Shown here: piece by piece, positions 16,319 through 27,200 of the stretch | How positions within the stretch are numbered: position 1 is the stretch's first letter | How the letters are laid out: every line of letters starts with the position of its first letter | NCBI GenBank assembly: GCA_031261365.1 | Contig: JAISJY010000080.1 | Coordinates: forward strand, 1-40,493 | Source of the DNA: Bacillales bacterium | GTDB lineage: Bacteria; Bacillota_I; Bacilli_A; RFN20; JAISJY01 | Length of the DNA stretch: 40,493 bases | Reading direction: 5' to 3' | The notes under the pieces: model-generated | What the model was told of the DNA's origin: nothing | Seen by the model: only the letters and a program-made list of their open reading frames with translations | The model's database searches: none | Program-made: the position numbers and the translations under genes

Positions 16319-19300
16319 ATGAAGAAGTTATTTGTTGTTGCTACGACCGTTACATTATTGTTAACAGGTTGTAAGGGACCAGATGCAAGTTCAAGTCCGG
16401 TTGTTAGTTCGACGGATTCGAGTGTTGTTAGTTCTAGTCCGGTAGTTGTTACTCCAGGTGTTCCATCTTATGAAACTGTTGTTACCCCAACAGGAACAAA
16501 GACTGGTCATTTGGAAGCAGATGGAAAGTTTTATGCTGACTATTCAAGTATGGCTGAAGTTGCTGAAGCAGGCCATGAAATCGCTGTTCAAGTTGCTGAA
16601 GAAGGAGACGCTTTACTTAAAAATGACGGAGCTCTTCCGTTGTCTGAAAAGGAAAGAAAGATTACTTTATTTGGTGTTAATTCAGATGCTATATTTACAG
16701 GTGGTGGTGGTTCTGGTTCTGGTTCGTTAGGAGCTAATGGAATTACACATGTCACTTATGAACAAGGATTTATTGATGCTGGTTTTAAAGTAAATCCAAA
16801 AACTATGGGTATTTATAAAGATACTACTGCTACTTTAGAACCTGATATTAGTGTTTATAGTCCTGCAGTTGTTAACACTTATAAATCATACAATGATGCT
16901 GCTGTTATTTTATTAAGTAGAACAGGTCAAGAGTTTAGTGACCCTCCTCTACATGATGTTCCTGGACATAGTAATCCAGATGACCATTATTTGCAATTCC
17001 AAGATAATGAAATTGATTTAATAAAACATGTTAAAGCTCATTTTGACAAGATAATTGTTGTTTTAAACACTTCTAATACAATTGAAATAGGTGGTTTAAT
17101 GGCTCCTGTTTCTAGTGAATTAGGTGTTAATGCTGTTCTTTGGGTTGGTATGACAGGTAATGATGGAGCTGCTGCAATTGGTAGAATTATTGCTGGTGCA
17201 GTTAATCCTTCTGGACATACTTCTGATATTTGGCCTGTAAACTTAAAACAAGATCCAACTTGGTTTAACTTTGGTGATAATAGTCAAATTAAAGATGGTT
17301 CAGGAAATAGACTTAATACTAACTATTATTTAGCCGATGGTGAAACTCTTGCTAAAGGTGCTGCCCCTGGTGGTGCATACTCAGGTAATGGTGGTTTTGA
17401 AGATTTAGAATACCGTGAAGGTATTTATATGGGTTATAGATATTATGAAACAAAAGCTACTCTTTTAGGATCAGCTGGTGAAGCTTGGTATGCTTCTCAA
17501 GTTGCAGCTCCGTTTGGACACGGTTTATCATATACAACTTTTGATTGGACTTTACATTCAGGTATTGATCCAACAGGTTTAATTGATAATGCTCGTGGTA
17601 CAGTTACTCTTAAAGTTGATGTTACTAATACAGGTGATGTAGCTGGTAAAGATGTTGTTCAACTTTATTCAGAACTACCTTATACAACAGGTGGTATTGA
17701 AAAAGCAAGTAGAAATTTAGTTGGTTTTGCTAAAACAGGTTTATTACAACCAGGCGAAACTGAAACTGTTACTGTTCAAATAGTTGCTCAAGATTTAGCT
17801 TCATTTGACTATAATGATTTAAATAATAATAGTCATAAAGGTTATGAATTAGAGGCTGGAGATTATATTTTACACGCTTCTCGGAGTAGTCATGATTCAG
17901 TTCTTACTATTACTAGAACTGTTCAAACAACGATTAATATTGATACTGATTACACTTCTGGAAATGTTATAAAACCATTATTTTCTGATGGTAGATATAA
18001 TACAGTTAATGATAATCTTGCTGAAAAAGGTATGACTAGGGCTAATGGTTTAACACTTCCTGGTACTCCTTCAATTGCTGAAAGAATTATGTCTGAAGAA
18101 GAATTAGCTAGAAGGTCATCTGAAGCATCTTTTACAAGTTCAATGGATAAAACCACTGACCCTTGGTATGCAAGTGCTGTTCCAGCAACTTGGAATCAAT
18201 TAGAGACTCGTACAGCTGGAACTCAATCACCAATTTTATTATCTGAGATGTCTGGAGTTTCTTATGTTCCGCCTAAATTAGAAAACGGAACTGTTACTCT
18301 TACTAATACTGTTGATAATAATAAATGGGAAACATTTATGAATCAATTAACCGCTTCTGAGTTAAAAGATTTAGTTGGTAGAGGTAGTTTTAGTACTTAT
18401 GCTGTGGCTGGTATTGGTAAAGAAACAGCAGTTGATAATGATGGTCCTATGCAATTAAAAGCAAGGTCTGGTGGAGCTGTTGGTACATTATGGCCAGTTC
18501 TTCCTATTCAATCTGCAACTTTTGATACTGAATTAGCAACAAGAATTGGAAATACAATTGGTAATGAATCATTGTTTATAAAAGTTACCGGTTGGTATGG
18601 ACCTGGAGTTAATACTCACCGTTCTGCTTTTGGTGGAAGAAACTTTGAATATTATTCACAAGATGGAGTTCATGCTGGTTTAATCGCTGCTGCTGTTATT
18701 GGAGCAGCTACTGAAAAAGGTTTGAATTCTTATATGAAGCATGTTGTTTTAAATGACCAAGAAACAGATAGATACAATACTGATACATGGTTAACTGAAC
18801 AAGCATTGAGAGAGATTTACACTAGACCATTAGAATATGCTATTAAAGTTGGTAATTGTTCTGGTTTCATGACTGCTTTCAATAGAATTGGTGACCAAAG
18901 TGCTTCTGTTAATTATGCTTTGTTAAATAGTTTATTAAGACACGAATGGGGATTCCAAGGTGAAGGCGTTACTGATATGTATTCAACAGGTTTCCGTGAT
19001 GTTGATCAAATGATTAGAACAGGTAATAATATGCCTTTAGGAACTAGTTTACCAGAAGGTACTTGGTCTCCTGCTAGCAAAACTATGTTAGTTAGAGCTC
19101 AAGGTGCTGCTCCGACTGACCCTGAAACAGTTCCAAGTCCTACTCATTACTATAATTTAAGAAAATCTGCTCAAGAAATTCTTTATGTTTATGCTAATAA
19201 TAATAGTATGTTACAAGGAATTAAAAACAACCTTACTTTTGAAGCTACTGTCAGAAAAGGTACAATTAATAATTCTGTTGTTGATGTTAGTAGTCTTGGT

Positions 19301-19840
19301 TCAACCGATGTTAGAATAACTCCAACTACGGCTGGTGCTGCTCTTTTACCTGCTGGAGTAACATTTAATTCAGGTACTGATGCTTTTGTTGCTGCTGCTA
19401 ACTCTGCTGCTCCTGTTGGTGTATACAATATTCCGGTTGACATTGTTATTGATGGTTGGGTTAAGAGAAGTGGAGTTGTTACTTTGAATGTTATTGAACC
19501 TGTTACTTATGCTGGAACAGATTTAAGTAGTGTAGTTCAAGGAAGTAGTATTACTGGTCAATTTGCTTCTACTTACTTTGTACTTGGTGGTCAATTTATA
19601 CCTAGTGGAACTGCTTTTGTAGATATTACAGGCGTTAGATATTTATTACAAAGTCTTCCAGCTGGTTTAACAGGTTTGACTATTACAGAATCTGGTGCTT
19701 TATCTGGTATTCCTAGTGGTGCTCCTGGTACTTATACTTTGACTGTTAGAGTTGCTGTTAGTTACCTCAGAACAAATATGGGAACTACTTCTACTGCAAC
19801 AACTAATATTGATAGACCGTTTACTGTTGTTATTGTTTAG
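16319..19840 (+). CDS. Surface lipoprotein, GH3 glycosidase with permuted domain order plus C-terminal Ig-like (He_PIG-type) repeats
   Basis: 1173 aa. Lipobox LLLTGC is followed by a Ser-rich linker. Domain order:
- GH3 C-domain (LLKNDGALPL at ~16,620; GGGGSGSG; PFGHGLSYTTF at ~17,525).
- Fn3-like (VTNTGDVAGKDVVQLY).
- GH3 N-domain (GRNFEYYSQD at ~18,640; KHVVLNDQE at ~18,740; WGFQGEGVTD with Asp codon 18974-18976).
- Two LPAG...G.Y-type Ig-like repeats.
GGGAGG Shine-Dalgarno. Confidence 0.88.
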   Translation: MKKLFVVATTVTLLLTGCKGPDASSSPVVSSTDSSVVSSSPVVVTPGVPSYETVVTPTGTKTGHLEADGKFYADYSSMAEVAEAGHEIAVQVAEEGDALLKNDGALPLSEKERKITLFGVNSDAIFTGGGGSGSGSLGANGITHVTYEQGFIDAGFKVNPKTMGIYKDTTATLEPDISVYSPAVVNTYKSYNDAAVILLSRTGQEFSDPPLHDVPGHSNPDDHYLQFQDNEIDLIKHVKAHFDKIIVVLNTSNTIEIGGLMAPVSSELGVNAVLWVGMTGNDGAAAIGRIIAGAVNPSGHTSDIWPVNLKQDPTWFNFGDNSQIKDGSGNRLNTNYYLADGETLAKGAAPGGAYSGNGGFEDLEYREGIYMGYRYYETKATLLGSAGEAWYASQVAAPFGHGLSYTTFDWTLHSGIDPTGLIDNARGTVTLKVDVTNTGDVAGKDVVQLYSELPYTTGGIEKASRNLVGFAKTGLLQPGETETVTVQIVAQDLASFDYNDLNNNSHKGYELEAGDYILHASRSSHDSVLTITRTVQTTINIDTDYTSGNVIKPLFSDGRYNTVNDNLAEKGMTRANGLTLPGTPSIAERIMSEEELARRSSEASFTSSMDKTTDPWYASAVPATWNQLETRTAGTQSPILLSEMSGVSYVPPKLENGTVTLTNTVDNNKWETFMNQLTASELKDLVGRGSFSTYAVAGIGKETAVDNDGPMQLKARSGGAVGTLWPVLPIQSATFDTELATRIGNTIGNESLFIKVTGWYGPGVNTHRSAFGGRNFEYYSQDGVHAGLIAAAVIGAATEKGLNSYMKHVVLNDQETDRYNTDTWLTEQALREIYTRPLEYAIKVGNCSGFMTAFNRIGDQSASVNYALLNSLLRHEWGFQGEGVTDMYSTGFRDVDQMIRTGNNMPLGTSLPEGTWSPASKTMLVRAQGAAPTDPETVPSPTHYYNLRKSAQEILYVYANNNSMLQGIKNNLTFEATVRKGTINNSVVDVSSLGSTDVRITPTTAGAALLPAGVTFNSGTDAFVAAANSAAPVGVYNIPVDIVIDGWVKRSGVVTLNVIEPVTYAGTDLSSVVQGSSITGQFASTYFVLGGQFIPSGTAFVDITGVRYLLQSLPAGLTGLTITESGALSGIPSGAPGTYTLTVRVAVSYLRTNMGTTSTATTNIDRPFTVVIV

Positions 19841-19852
19841 TTACTGATTATT

Positions 19853-19892
19853 AACCCCAGGACTTAATTGTCTTGGGGTTATTGTTTATTTT
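19853..19892 (+). terminator. Rho-independent terminator after the first GH3 gene
   Basis: AACCCCAGGA (19853-62) pairs with TCTTGGGGTT (19871-80), giving a 10-bp stem with one G-U. The loop is 8 nt, followed by ATTGTTTATTTT. Confidence 0.7.
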
Positions 19893-19905
19893 GAAAGGAA
19901 GAAAA

Positions 19906-21267
19906 ATGAAACACTTATTTAAAAAAATCTTAACAATTATTATATGTATATTTGCTTTTACGGGCTGTACTGAACCTAATGGTAGCAGTTCAAATCCTAA
20001 AGCATCTGAGGGAGGAGTTCAAGTTTCTAAGATAGAAGTTAGTAAAGAGCCAGACAAGGTGGCTTATTATATTGATGAAGTATTTGATGCAACAGGTGGA
20101 GAAGTTACAATTACTTATACGGATCAGACTGATGAAGTTTCTCCTCTAACTGATTCTAAGTTTGTGATAGACCCTGTTAATACAACTAGTGCTGGTCAAA
20201 AAACAGTTATCGTTAAATATAGTGGCAAACAAGATACATTTAGAATAACAGTTTCTATTGAACAAATAGATGTTATTTTTAATTACAATTATAGCGGAGC
20301 TCCTACACCTACAACGGTCAAGACTAATAAAAATAGTCCGATTACAAAGCCAACTGATCCAACGAGAAGTGAATATACTTTTGAAGGTTGGTATACCGAT
20401 GTTATTTGTACTTCAGCTTATAATTTTGCTTTAAATGTTGTTAGTAGTTTTACTTTATATGCTAACTGGTTAGAAGAAGGTACTTATTACAATGCTAATT
20501 TTAGTTACAATTATTATGGTTGTAATCCTGATTCCTTTACTTTAAAAGTAAAAGAAAATCTTACTGTTGCCAGACCTTCAATTAGTCCAACCAGAGTTGG
20601 TTATGCTTTTGTTGATTGGTATGGAGATATAGAAGGAACAACATTATATAATTTTAGTTCAACTTTTACAGGTGATAAAACTATTTATGCTAAATGGAAT
20701 AGAACAAGTAGTGGAATTGTGAATTATTTATTTGAAGCCGAAGGGACAAGTTTAAATGGTAAAGCAGGACCTGGTTATTCTGGCTATTGTGGTGGAACTG
20801 ATATGATTGTCTTTGATGACCATGTTGGAGCAAGTAATAACCGTTTTGTTTCATATTTATATGCAAGTGGGTCAAGTTTAGAATGGTATATTGCTAGTGA
20901 TATTGCAGTTTCAGATTTAACATTTGTGGCTAGATTATCAGCTGAGTTTGGGAATATGACCTTTACTCCTGACAACTATGTCATTATTTTGAATGGTAAT
21001 GAATTAAATTATGGAACTATTGCTATTACTGATGTGCCAGGCGGAGGGGCTAAAGAGTTTGCTGATTTTACAATTGGTACAAGTTTGACTTTGGTTAAAG
21101 GTTTAAATAAAATTGAGTTTATTACAGATAATGATGATAATCCTTTAGGGGCTGGAGCTGGAACTATGCAAGCAACTGCTCCGATTATAGATTGTATTAA
21201 ATTATCAACTACTGCTGTTTTGATTTGGGATGATAATTACCCATCAACATCGCTTATATATAGTTAG
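19906..21267 (+). CDS. Surface lipoprotein: Big_3-like Ig domain, two Listeria-Bacteroides (Flg_new) repeats, CBM6/35-like domain
   Basis: Start moved to ATG 19906 (GAAAGGAAG Shine-Dalgarno); the track's TTG 19873 lies inside the terminator stem. Lipobox FAFTGC. Domains in order:
- Big_3-like: KIEVSKEPDKVAYYIDEVFDATGGEVTITY.
- Flg_new repeats: P.R..Y.F.GWY......YNF.......LYA.W occurs twice.
- CBM6/35-like: C-terminal FEAEGTSLNG...LVKGLNKIEF...APIIDCIKL. Confidence 0.78.
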   Translation: MKHLFKKILTIIICIFAFTGCTEPNGSSSNPKASEGGVQVSKIEVSKEPDKVAYYIDEVFDATGGEVTITYTDQTDEVSPLTDSKFVIDPVNTTSAGQKTVIVKYSGKQDTFRITVSIEQIDVIFNYNYSGAPTPTTVKTNKNSPITKPTDPTRSEYTFEGWYTDVICTSAYNFALNVVSSFTLYANWLEEGTYYNANFSYNYYGCNPDSFTLKVKENLTVARPSISPTRVGYAFVDWYGDIEGTTLYNFSSTFTGDKTIYAKWNRTSSGIVNYLFEAEGTSLNGKAGPGYSGYCGGTDMIVFDDHVGASNNRFVSYLYASGSSLEWYIASDIAVSDLTFVARLSAEFGNMTFTPDNYVIILNGNELNYGTIAITDVPGGGAKEFADFTIGTSLTLVKGLNKIEFITDNDDNPLGAGAGTMQATAPIIDCIKLSTTAVLIWDDNYPSTSLIYS

Positions 21268-21298
21268 TTGTTTTTGTTAATTTTGAAGGAGAATAATT

Positions 21299-24229
21299 AT
21301 GAAATTTATTTTTAAGCATATACGGACACGCGTTTGGTTTATCGTTTCAATTATATTAATACCATTATTGGTAGTCGTTTCAATTGTGACAACGACCACT
21401 TTATATACTCTATTGAATATTGTCATGCCAGGCGGTGGAGAAAGAGCAGTTTATAGTGAAGATGCTCCTGCTATTTATGAAATGGATTATCCTTCTAAAG
21501 AGAAAGCTTATGAACACGGCTATGATTTAAATACTTTAATAAGTGAAGAAGGTTTTGTCTTACTTAAAAATAAAAATAATGCTCTTCCAATTAGCAAGGA
21601 AAAAGCTAGGGTTAGTGTTTTTGGTAAGAACAGTGTTAATATTATTTATGGTGGTTCAGGTTCAGGTGGTGCTTCTACTAAAGATGCAATAGACTTATAT
21701 CAAAGTTTAAAAGATGCTGGTTTTGTGACTAATCCTAAATTAAAAGCTTTTTATGAATCAAAAGATTCTGGTAAGGAAAGACCGGGTAATCCAACTAATT
21801 TAGATAATGGTAATAGTATTTCTATGCCAACAGCTGAAACACCTCAAAGTAATTATACTAATGAGGTTAAAAATAGTTATAATGATTATAAAGATGTGGC
21901 TTTAATTGTTTTTTCTAGAATAGGTGGGGAAGGTTTTGATTTACCAAGAAACATGAGACAAATAGATGGGGCTAGAAATGAAACAGACCATTATTTGCAG
22001 TTAGACCAAAATGAAACAGATTTAATTCAAAGTGTTTGTGAAGTTGGTTTTGAAAAAGTTGTGGTTATTATTAATAGTGCTGCCGCTTTAGAGTTGGGCT
22101 TTTTAACTAATCCTCTTTATTATGCTTATAATTCAAAAATTGATGCAGCTATAAATATCGGTTTTCCGGGTATTTCTGGGATGAAGGCTTTGGGTAGAAT
22201 CTTAAATGGTGAAGTTAATCCTTCAGGAAGAACTGTTGATACTTATGCTTATGATTTCAAAGCTAATCCTACTTTTGTTAACTTTGGTGATAATAATGAA
22301 AATGCAGGGGATTTATATACTGTTGACCATTTACCTTCTAATCAAAAACGGAGTTTCTATTTTGTTGATTATGAAGAAAGTATTTATATGGGTTATAGAT
22401 ATTATGAAACTAGAGGGGCAACCGATGGAGAAGAATGGTATCAAAACAATGTTGTTTATCCATTTGGCTATGGATTATCTTATACTACTTTTAATTGGGA
22501 AGTTGTTGATAAAACTCAAATAGAAAATGTAGCGATAAGTGCTTTAAATGATTATACAGTTAAAGTTAAAGTTACAAATACAGGAACGGTGGCAGGTAAG
22601 GATGTTGTTGAATTATATGGTCATGCTCCTTATGAAACAGGTAAAATAGAGAAGTCCGATAGAGTTTTATTAGATTATGCTAAAACAGCTTTATTACAAC
22701 CTGGTGCTTTTGAAATAGTAGAGTTAAATTTTAATCCTTATTATTTAGCTTCTTATGATTATAATGATGCTAATGGTAATTCTTTTAAAGGGTATGAATT
22801 AGATAGTTCAAATAATTATTTCTTATATGTTAGTAAAAATGCTCATGAAGTAGTAGCAAGTATTCCTTTTAAAGTTACAACTAATATTCGTTTTGAAAAT
22901 GATCCAACGACCGATTACCCTGTTGTTAATTTATATAAAGATAATGATAATCCTTATTTAGATTCTGATATTGAATTAGAAACTTTATTATCAAGAGGAG
23001 ACTGGACTAATACTTGGCCAGTTGCTCCAACTAATGAGGAAAGAAAATTAAGTGGTGATTTGTATAGTGCTTTAGCTAATACAGAACATAATAATCCTAA
23101 TGTTGATGATTACTATGAGATGGAGTATCCTTTATTTGATGAAGAAGTCATTTATACTTTAAGAGATTTATTAAGTGATGAAGATGGAGCTTTACAAAGT
23201 TTTGTTAATTATGATGATGAAAGATGGGAAGATGTTTTAAACTCTGCTAATATGAGTGAGATGATTCATTTATATAATTTTGGAGCTTTTAAAACTGATA
23301 AATTATCAAATATTAATAAACCTAAAACAAATGATACTGATGGACCTGCTGGTTTTGTTAATTTTATGGATGGGACAACTTTTTATGGGACTGTTGCTTA
23401 TTGTTCTGAAACAGTTTTAGCTTCTACTTTTTCTAAAGAGTTAGCCGAGGAATATGGTAAATCTATTGGTAATGAAGGGCTTTGGGGTAATGCTAAAGGA
23501 GACAAAATGCCATATAGTGGTTGGTATGCTCCTGGTGTTAATTTACACCGCTCCCCTTTTGGTGGCAGAAACTTTGAATACTATTCAGAAGATGGTTTCT
23601 TAAATGGTTCAATGTCTGCTAATGTTATTAAAGGAGCTCAAAGTAAAGGTGTTTATTGCTTTATTAAACACTTTGCTTTAAATGAACAAGATACTCACCG
23701 TTCCTTGAGTGGAAATAGTTCTTGGGTGACAGAACAAGCTATTAGAGAAATATATTTAAAACCTTTTGAACTTGCTGTTAAAGAAGGCGGAACAAGAGCT
23801 TTAATGACTGCCTTTAACCGTATTGGTACTAAATGGGTTGGTGGTGATTACCGTTTGTTAACAGAAATATTAAGAAATGAATGGGGCTTTAGAGGAAGTG
23901 TTATTTGTGATTTTAATACGGTTCCTTCTTATATGAATGGTAAACAAATGGCGTATGCAGGTGGTGATATTAATTTAGCAACAATGGCATCTTCTTCTTG
24001 GAATGTTGATACAAGTGATCAAGCGGATATTATTGTTTTAAGAAATGCGATTAAGAATGTTTTATATACAGTTGTTAATTCTAATGCTATGAACGGAGAA
24101 ATTATCGGTTATAGAATGCCATTGTGGACAGTGGGATTAATAATTATAGATGTAGCAGCAGTGGTTGCTTTAGGAACTTGGGGTACTTTGGCAATACTCT
24201 CTTTAAGAAAGAAAAAGGAGCTAGAATAG
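21299..24229 (+). CDS. Membrane-anchored (N- and C-terminal TM) GH3 glycosidase with permuted domain order
   Basis: 976 aa and a clear paralog of 16319-19840. N-terminal TM (VWFIVSIILIPLLVVVSIV). Then LLKNKNNALPI at ~21,575, GGSGSGG and PFGYGLSYTTF at ~22,480. Then Fn3-like (VTNTGTVAGKDVVELY). Then GRNFEYYSED at ~23,575, KHFALNEQD and WGFRGSVICD (Asp codon 23909-23911). C-terminal TM (LWTVGLIIIDVAAVVALGTWGTLAIL) plus RKKKE. Confidence 0.88.
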   Translation: MKFIFKHIRTRVWFIVSIILIPLLVVVSIVTTTTLYTLLNIVMPGGGERAVYSEDAPAIYEMDYPSKEKAYEHGYDLNTLISEEGFVLLKNKNNALPISKEKARVSVFGKNSVNIIYGGSGSGGASTKDAIDLYQSLKDAGFVTNPKLKAFYESKDSGKERPGNPTNLDNGNSISMPTAETPQSNYTNEVKNSYNDYKDVALIVFSRIGGEGFDLPRNMRQIDGARNETDHYLQLDQNETDLIQSVCEVGFEKVVVIINSAAALELGFLTNPLYYAYNSKIDAAINIGFPGISGMKALGRILNGEVNPSGRTVDTYAYDFKANPTFVNFGDNNENAGDLYTVDHLPSNQKRSFYFVDYEESIYMGYRYYETRGATDGEEWYQNNVVYPFGYGLSYTTFNWEVVDKTQIENVAISALNDYTVKVKVTNTGTVAGKDVVELYGHAPYETGKIEKSDRVLLDYAKTALLQPGAFEIVELNFNPYYLASYDYNDANGNSFKGYELDSSNNYFLYVSKNAHEVVASIPFKVTTNIRFENDPTTDYPVVNLYKDNDNPYLDSDIELETLLSRGDWTNTWPVAPTNEERKLSGDLYSALANTEHNNPNVDDYYEMEYPLFDEEVIYTLRDLLSDEDGALQSFVNYDDERWEDVLNSANMSEMIHLYNFGAFKTDKLSNINKPKTNDTDGPAGFVNFMDGTTFYGTVAYCSETVLASTFSKELAEEYGKSIGNEGLWGNAKGDKMPYSGWYAPGVNLHRSPFGGRNFEYYSEDGFLNGSMSANVIKGAQSKGVYCFIKHFALNEQDTHRSLSGNSSWVTEQAIREIYLKPFELAVKEGGTRALMTAFNRIGTKWVGGDYRLLTEILRNEWGFRGSVICDFNTVPSYMNGKQMAYAGGDINLATMASSSWNVDTSDQADIIVLRNAIKNVLYTVVNSNAMNGEIIGYRMPLWTVGLIIIDVAAVVALGTWGTLAILSLRKKKELE

Positions 24230-24230
24230 T

Positions 24231-27200
24231 ATGGGAAAGTATCTAATTAAACATCAAGATATTCTTGATAAGCTGACATTAAAACAAAAAGCTAATTTTA
24301 CATCGGGGAAGAACTTTTGGGAGACATACAATATTAAAGAATTAGGTATTCCTTCTATCTTTTTATCTGATGGACCTCACGGGGTTAGAAGACAAGCTAC
24401 TAAGGCTGATAAAGCAGGTTTAAATGTTTCTTTACCTGCTACTTGTTTTCCAACTGCTTCGGCTTTGTCTAATACTTTTAATGTTGATTTATTAAAAGAA
24501 ATTGGGACGGCTTTAGGAGAAGAAGCTAAAATACAAAAAGTTGGAATATTATTAGGACCAGGCATGAATATTAAGAGAAATGCCAAATGTGGTCGGAACT
24601 TTGAATACTATTCAGAAGACCCTTATCTAGCTGGTAAACTAGCTTCTAATCTTATTTTAGGTATTCAAGATAACAATTTATCAGCCTGTGCTAAACATTT
24701 TGCTTTGAATAATCAAGAGTTAAATAGAATGTGTAATGATTCTGTTTGTGATGAAAGAACAATGCGGGAAATATATTTACAACCTTTTGAAATGTCTGTT
24801 AAAGAAGGAAAAGTAAAAGCGATTATGAGTTCTTATAATAAAATAAATGGGGAATATGCCAATGAGAATTATCATGTTTTAAGAGAGATATTAAGAGATG
24901 ATTGGGGCTTTGAAGGTGTGGTAGTTTCAGATTGGGGTGGAGATGATGATAGGATTAAAGCTTTATTAGCCAGCTCTGACCTTGAAATGCCTGGTACTAA
25001 AGGCGATTCTGTTATTGATGTTGTTAATAGTGTTAATAATGGTGAATTACCTTTAAAAGTTTTAGATGAATCTGTTGATAGAATATTAGACCTTGTTTTA
25101 GAAGAGAAAGAAAGTGAGAAGAAAGAGTTTGATGTAGAAGCTCATCATAATATTGCTAGAAAAGCTGCAGTTGAATCTATAGTCTTATTAAAAAACGATA
25201 GCATATTACCTTTAAAAGAGAACACTAAGGTCGCGATTATTGGAGACTTTGGCAAAAAACCTCGGTATCAAGGAGCAGGTTCAAGTCAAGTTAATCCGAC
25301 TAAATTAGATTTACCTCTAGAGGTTATAAAAGATTACTCACTTAATTTTGTTGGTTATGAGAGAGGTTATAAAAGATTTGGTGGAACAAGTAAAGGTTTA
25401 ATTAAGTCTGCTCTTGAATTAGCTAGAAAAGCTGAAGTTGTTTTACTTTATATTGGCTTAGATGAAAGAAGTGAAGCTGAAGGTCAAGATAGAGCAAATT
25501 TAAAATTACCAGAAAGTCATATTCAATTATTTAAAGAATTATTAAGTGTTAATAAAAATATTGTTGTTATTAATTCTAGTGGAAGTGTTGTTGAATTAAA
25601 AGAGTTTAAAAATGCTAAAGCTTTATTAAATAACTTCTTAGGAGGACAAGCAGGAGCTAGAGCTTTATTAGATGTTTTAGTGGGTAAAGAAAATCCAAGT
25701 GGTCGTTTATCAGAAACTTATCCTATTGATTATGAAGCTTGTTCTGTTAAAGATTACCCAAGTCCTTTAAAAGCTATTTATAAAGAAGGCTTATATGTTG
25801 GTTATAGATATTATGATACTAATAATATTTCTGTTCTTTATCCTTTTGGTTATGGTTTAAGTTATTCAACTTTTACTTATTCTAATTTAAAAGTAGATGA
25901 AGTTAGTGTTTCTTTAACATTAGAAAATACTTCAGAAGTTGATGGTTATGAAGTAGTTCAATTATATGTTGGTAAGAGTAAATCTAATGTTTATAGACCT
26001 AAAAAAGAGTTAAAGGGTTTTATTAAAGTCTTTATAAAGAGCCATCAAAAAGTTAGAGTTGTTATACCTTTTGATGATTATACTTTTAGATATTTTAATA
26101 CTGAAAGCAATACTTTTGAAGTTGAAAAAGGAGTTTATGAAGTTTATGTTGGCAGTAATATTCAAGACATTCATTTAACAGGTTCAATAGAAAGAGATGG
26201 AGTTGAAGTAATTAGTAAGAAAGATGTTTTACCAACTTATTATGCTGGTGATATTAAAGATGTTAGCAAAGAAGAATATGAAGTTTTATTAGGGCATCAA
26301 TATCAAGAAGGTAAAATAGATTTTGTTAAAAAGAATAGAATTGTGGTTGATAGGAATACTCCTATTGCTCATTTAAGATATGCTAAAGGTTGGACAGGTA
26401 GAGCTATAAATGGTTTATTAAGATTTGCTTTGGGACTTTTGAAGTTATTTAAGAAAAACAAATTAGTAGTGGAATTAAATATGGGTATTTATAATACACC
26501 TATTAGGTCTTTATCTAGAGCTAGTGGTGGTATGTTCCTTTATAAACAAATAGATGGTTTAGTAGAAATGTTTAACGGACACTTCTTTAAAGGATGTAAA
26601 ACATTTAGAAAAGCTAAGAAAGAGTTTAATAAGATTAGGAAACCTGAAATTAAATTAGAAAAAGAATTAATTAAGAAAACTGAGAAGGAAGAAAAACTTC
26701 AAAGATTAGCTCCTGAATTAGAGAAATGGAAATCTAGAGAAAAGGACAATGTTTTTAAAAAGTTCTTTAAGTGGTGGGTACGCTTCTTCATTATTCATAA
26801 GAATTGGTGGCAATTCTTAAAGTTTTGGTTAGTTTCTAATGCTGTTACTATTTTCCAAGTTTTAGCCAAGTTAGTTCTTGACCCTCTATTCGCGAGTACT
26901 AATTTAGCAACTACTTCTTTCCAATGGTTACAAATAGGGACAAGGGCTAATTCAGGAGGAACTCCTTTCTTTATCTTTGATTACCCAGCCCATAAGATAG
27001 GTGAATATTTAGGGGCAAATGGAACAGTTATTGCAGGTATTGGTGGTGGTTTAGCTTTGTTTTTATCTTATTATGTTGGAGTAGCTATTGCCCAAGTAAT
27101 AAACTTCTTTGTGCAAAGGAATGTTACTTTTAAATCAAAAGGAAATCCTTGGTATCAAGCTATGTGGTATGCTATAGCTTTTGTTGGTATTTTGTTCCTT

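Noticed and set aside
16446-16730. Same-strand, off-frame ORFs inside GH3 and kinase genes (16446-16730, 22206-22523, 37427-37612), and plus-strand ORFs opposite minus-strand genes (8832-9107, 12252-12437)
   Set aside because: They overlap motif-rich real CDS in another frame or strand. Their Leu/Lys/Ile-rich translations are typical of AT-rich off-frame reading.
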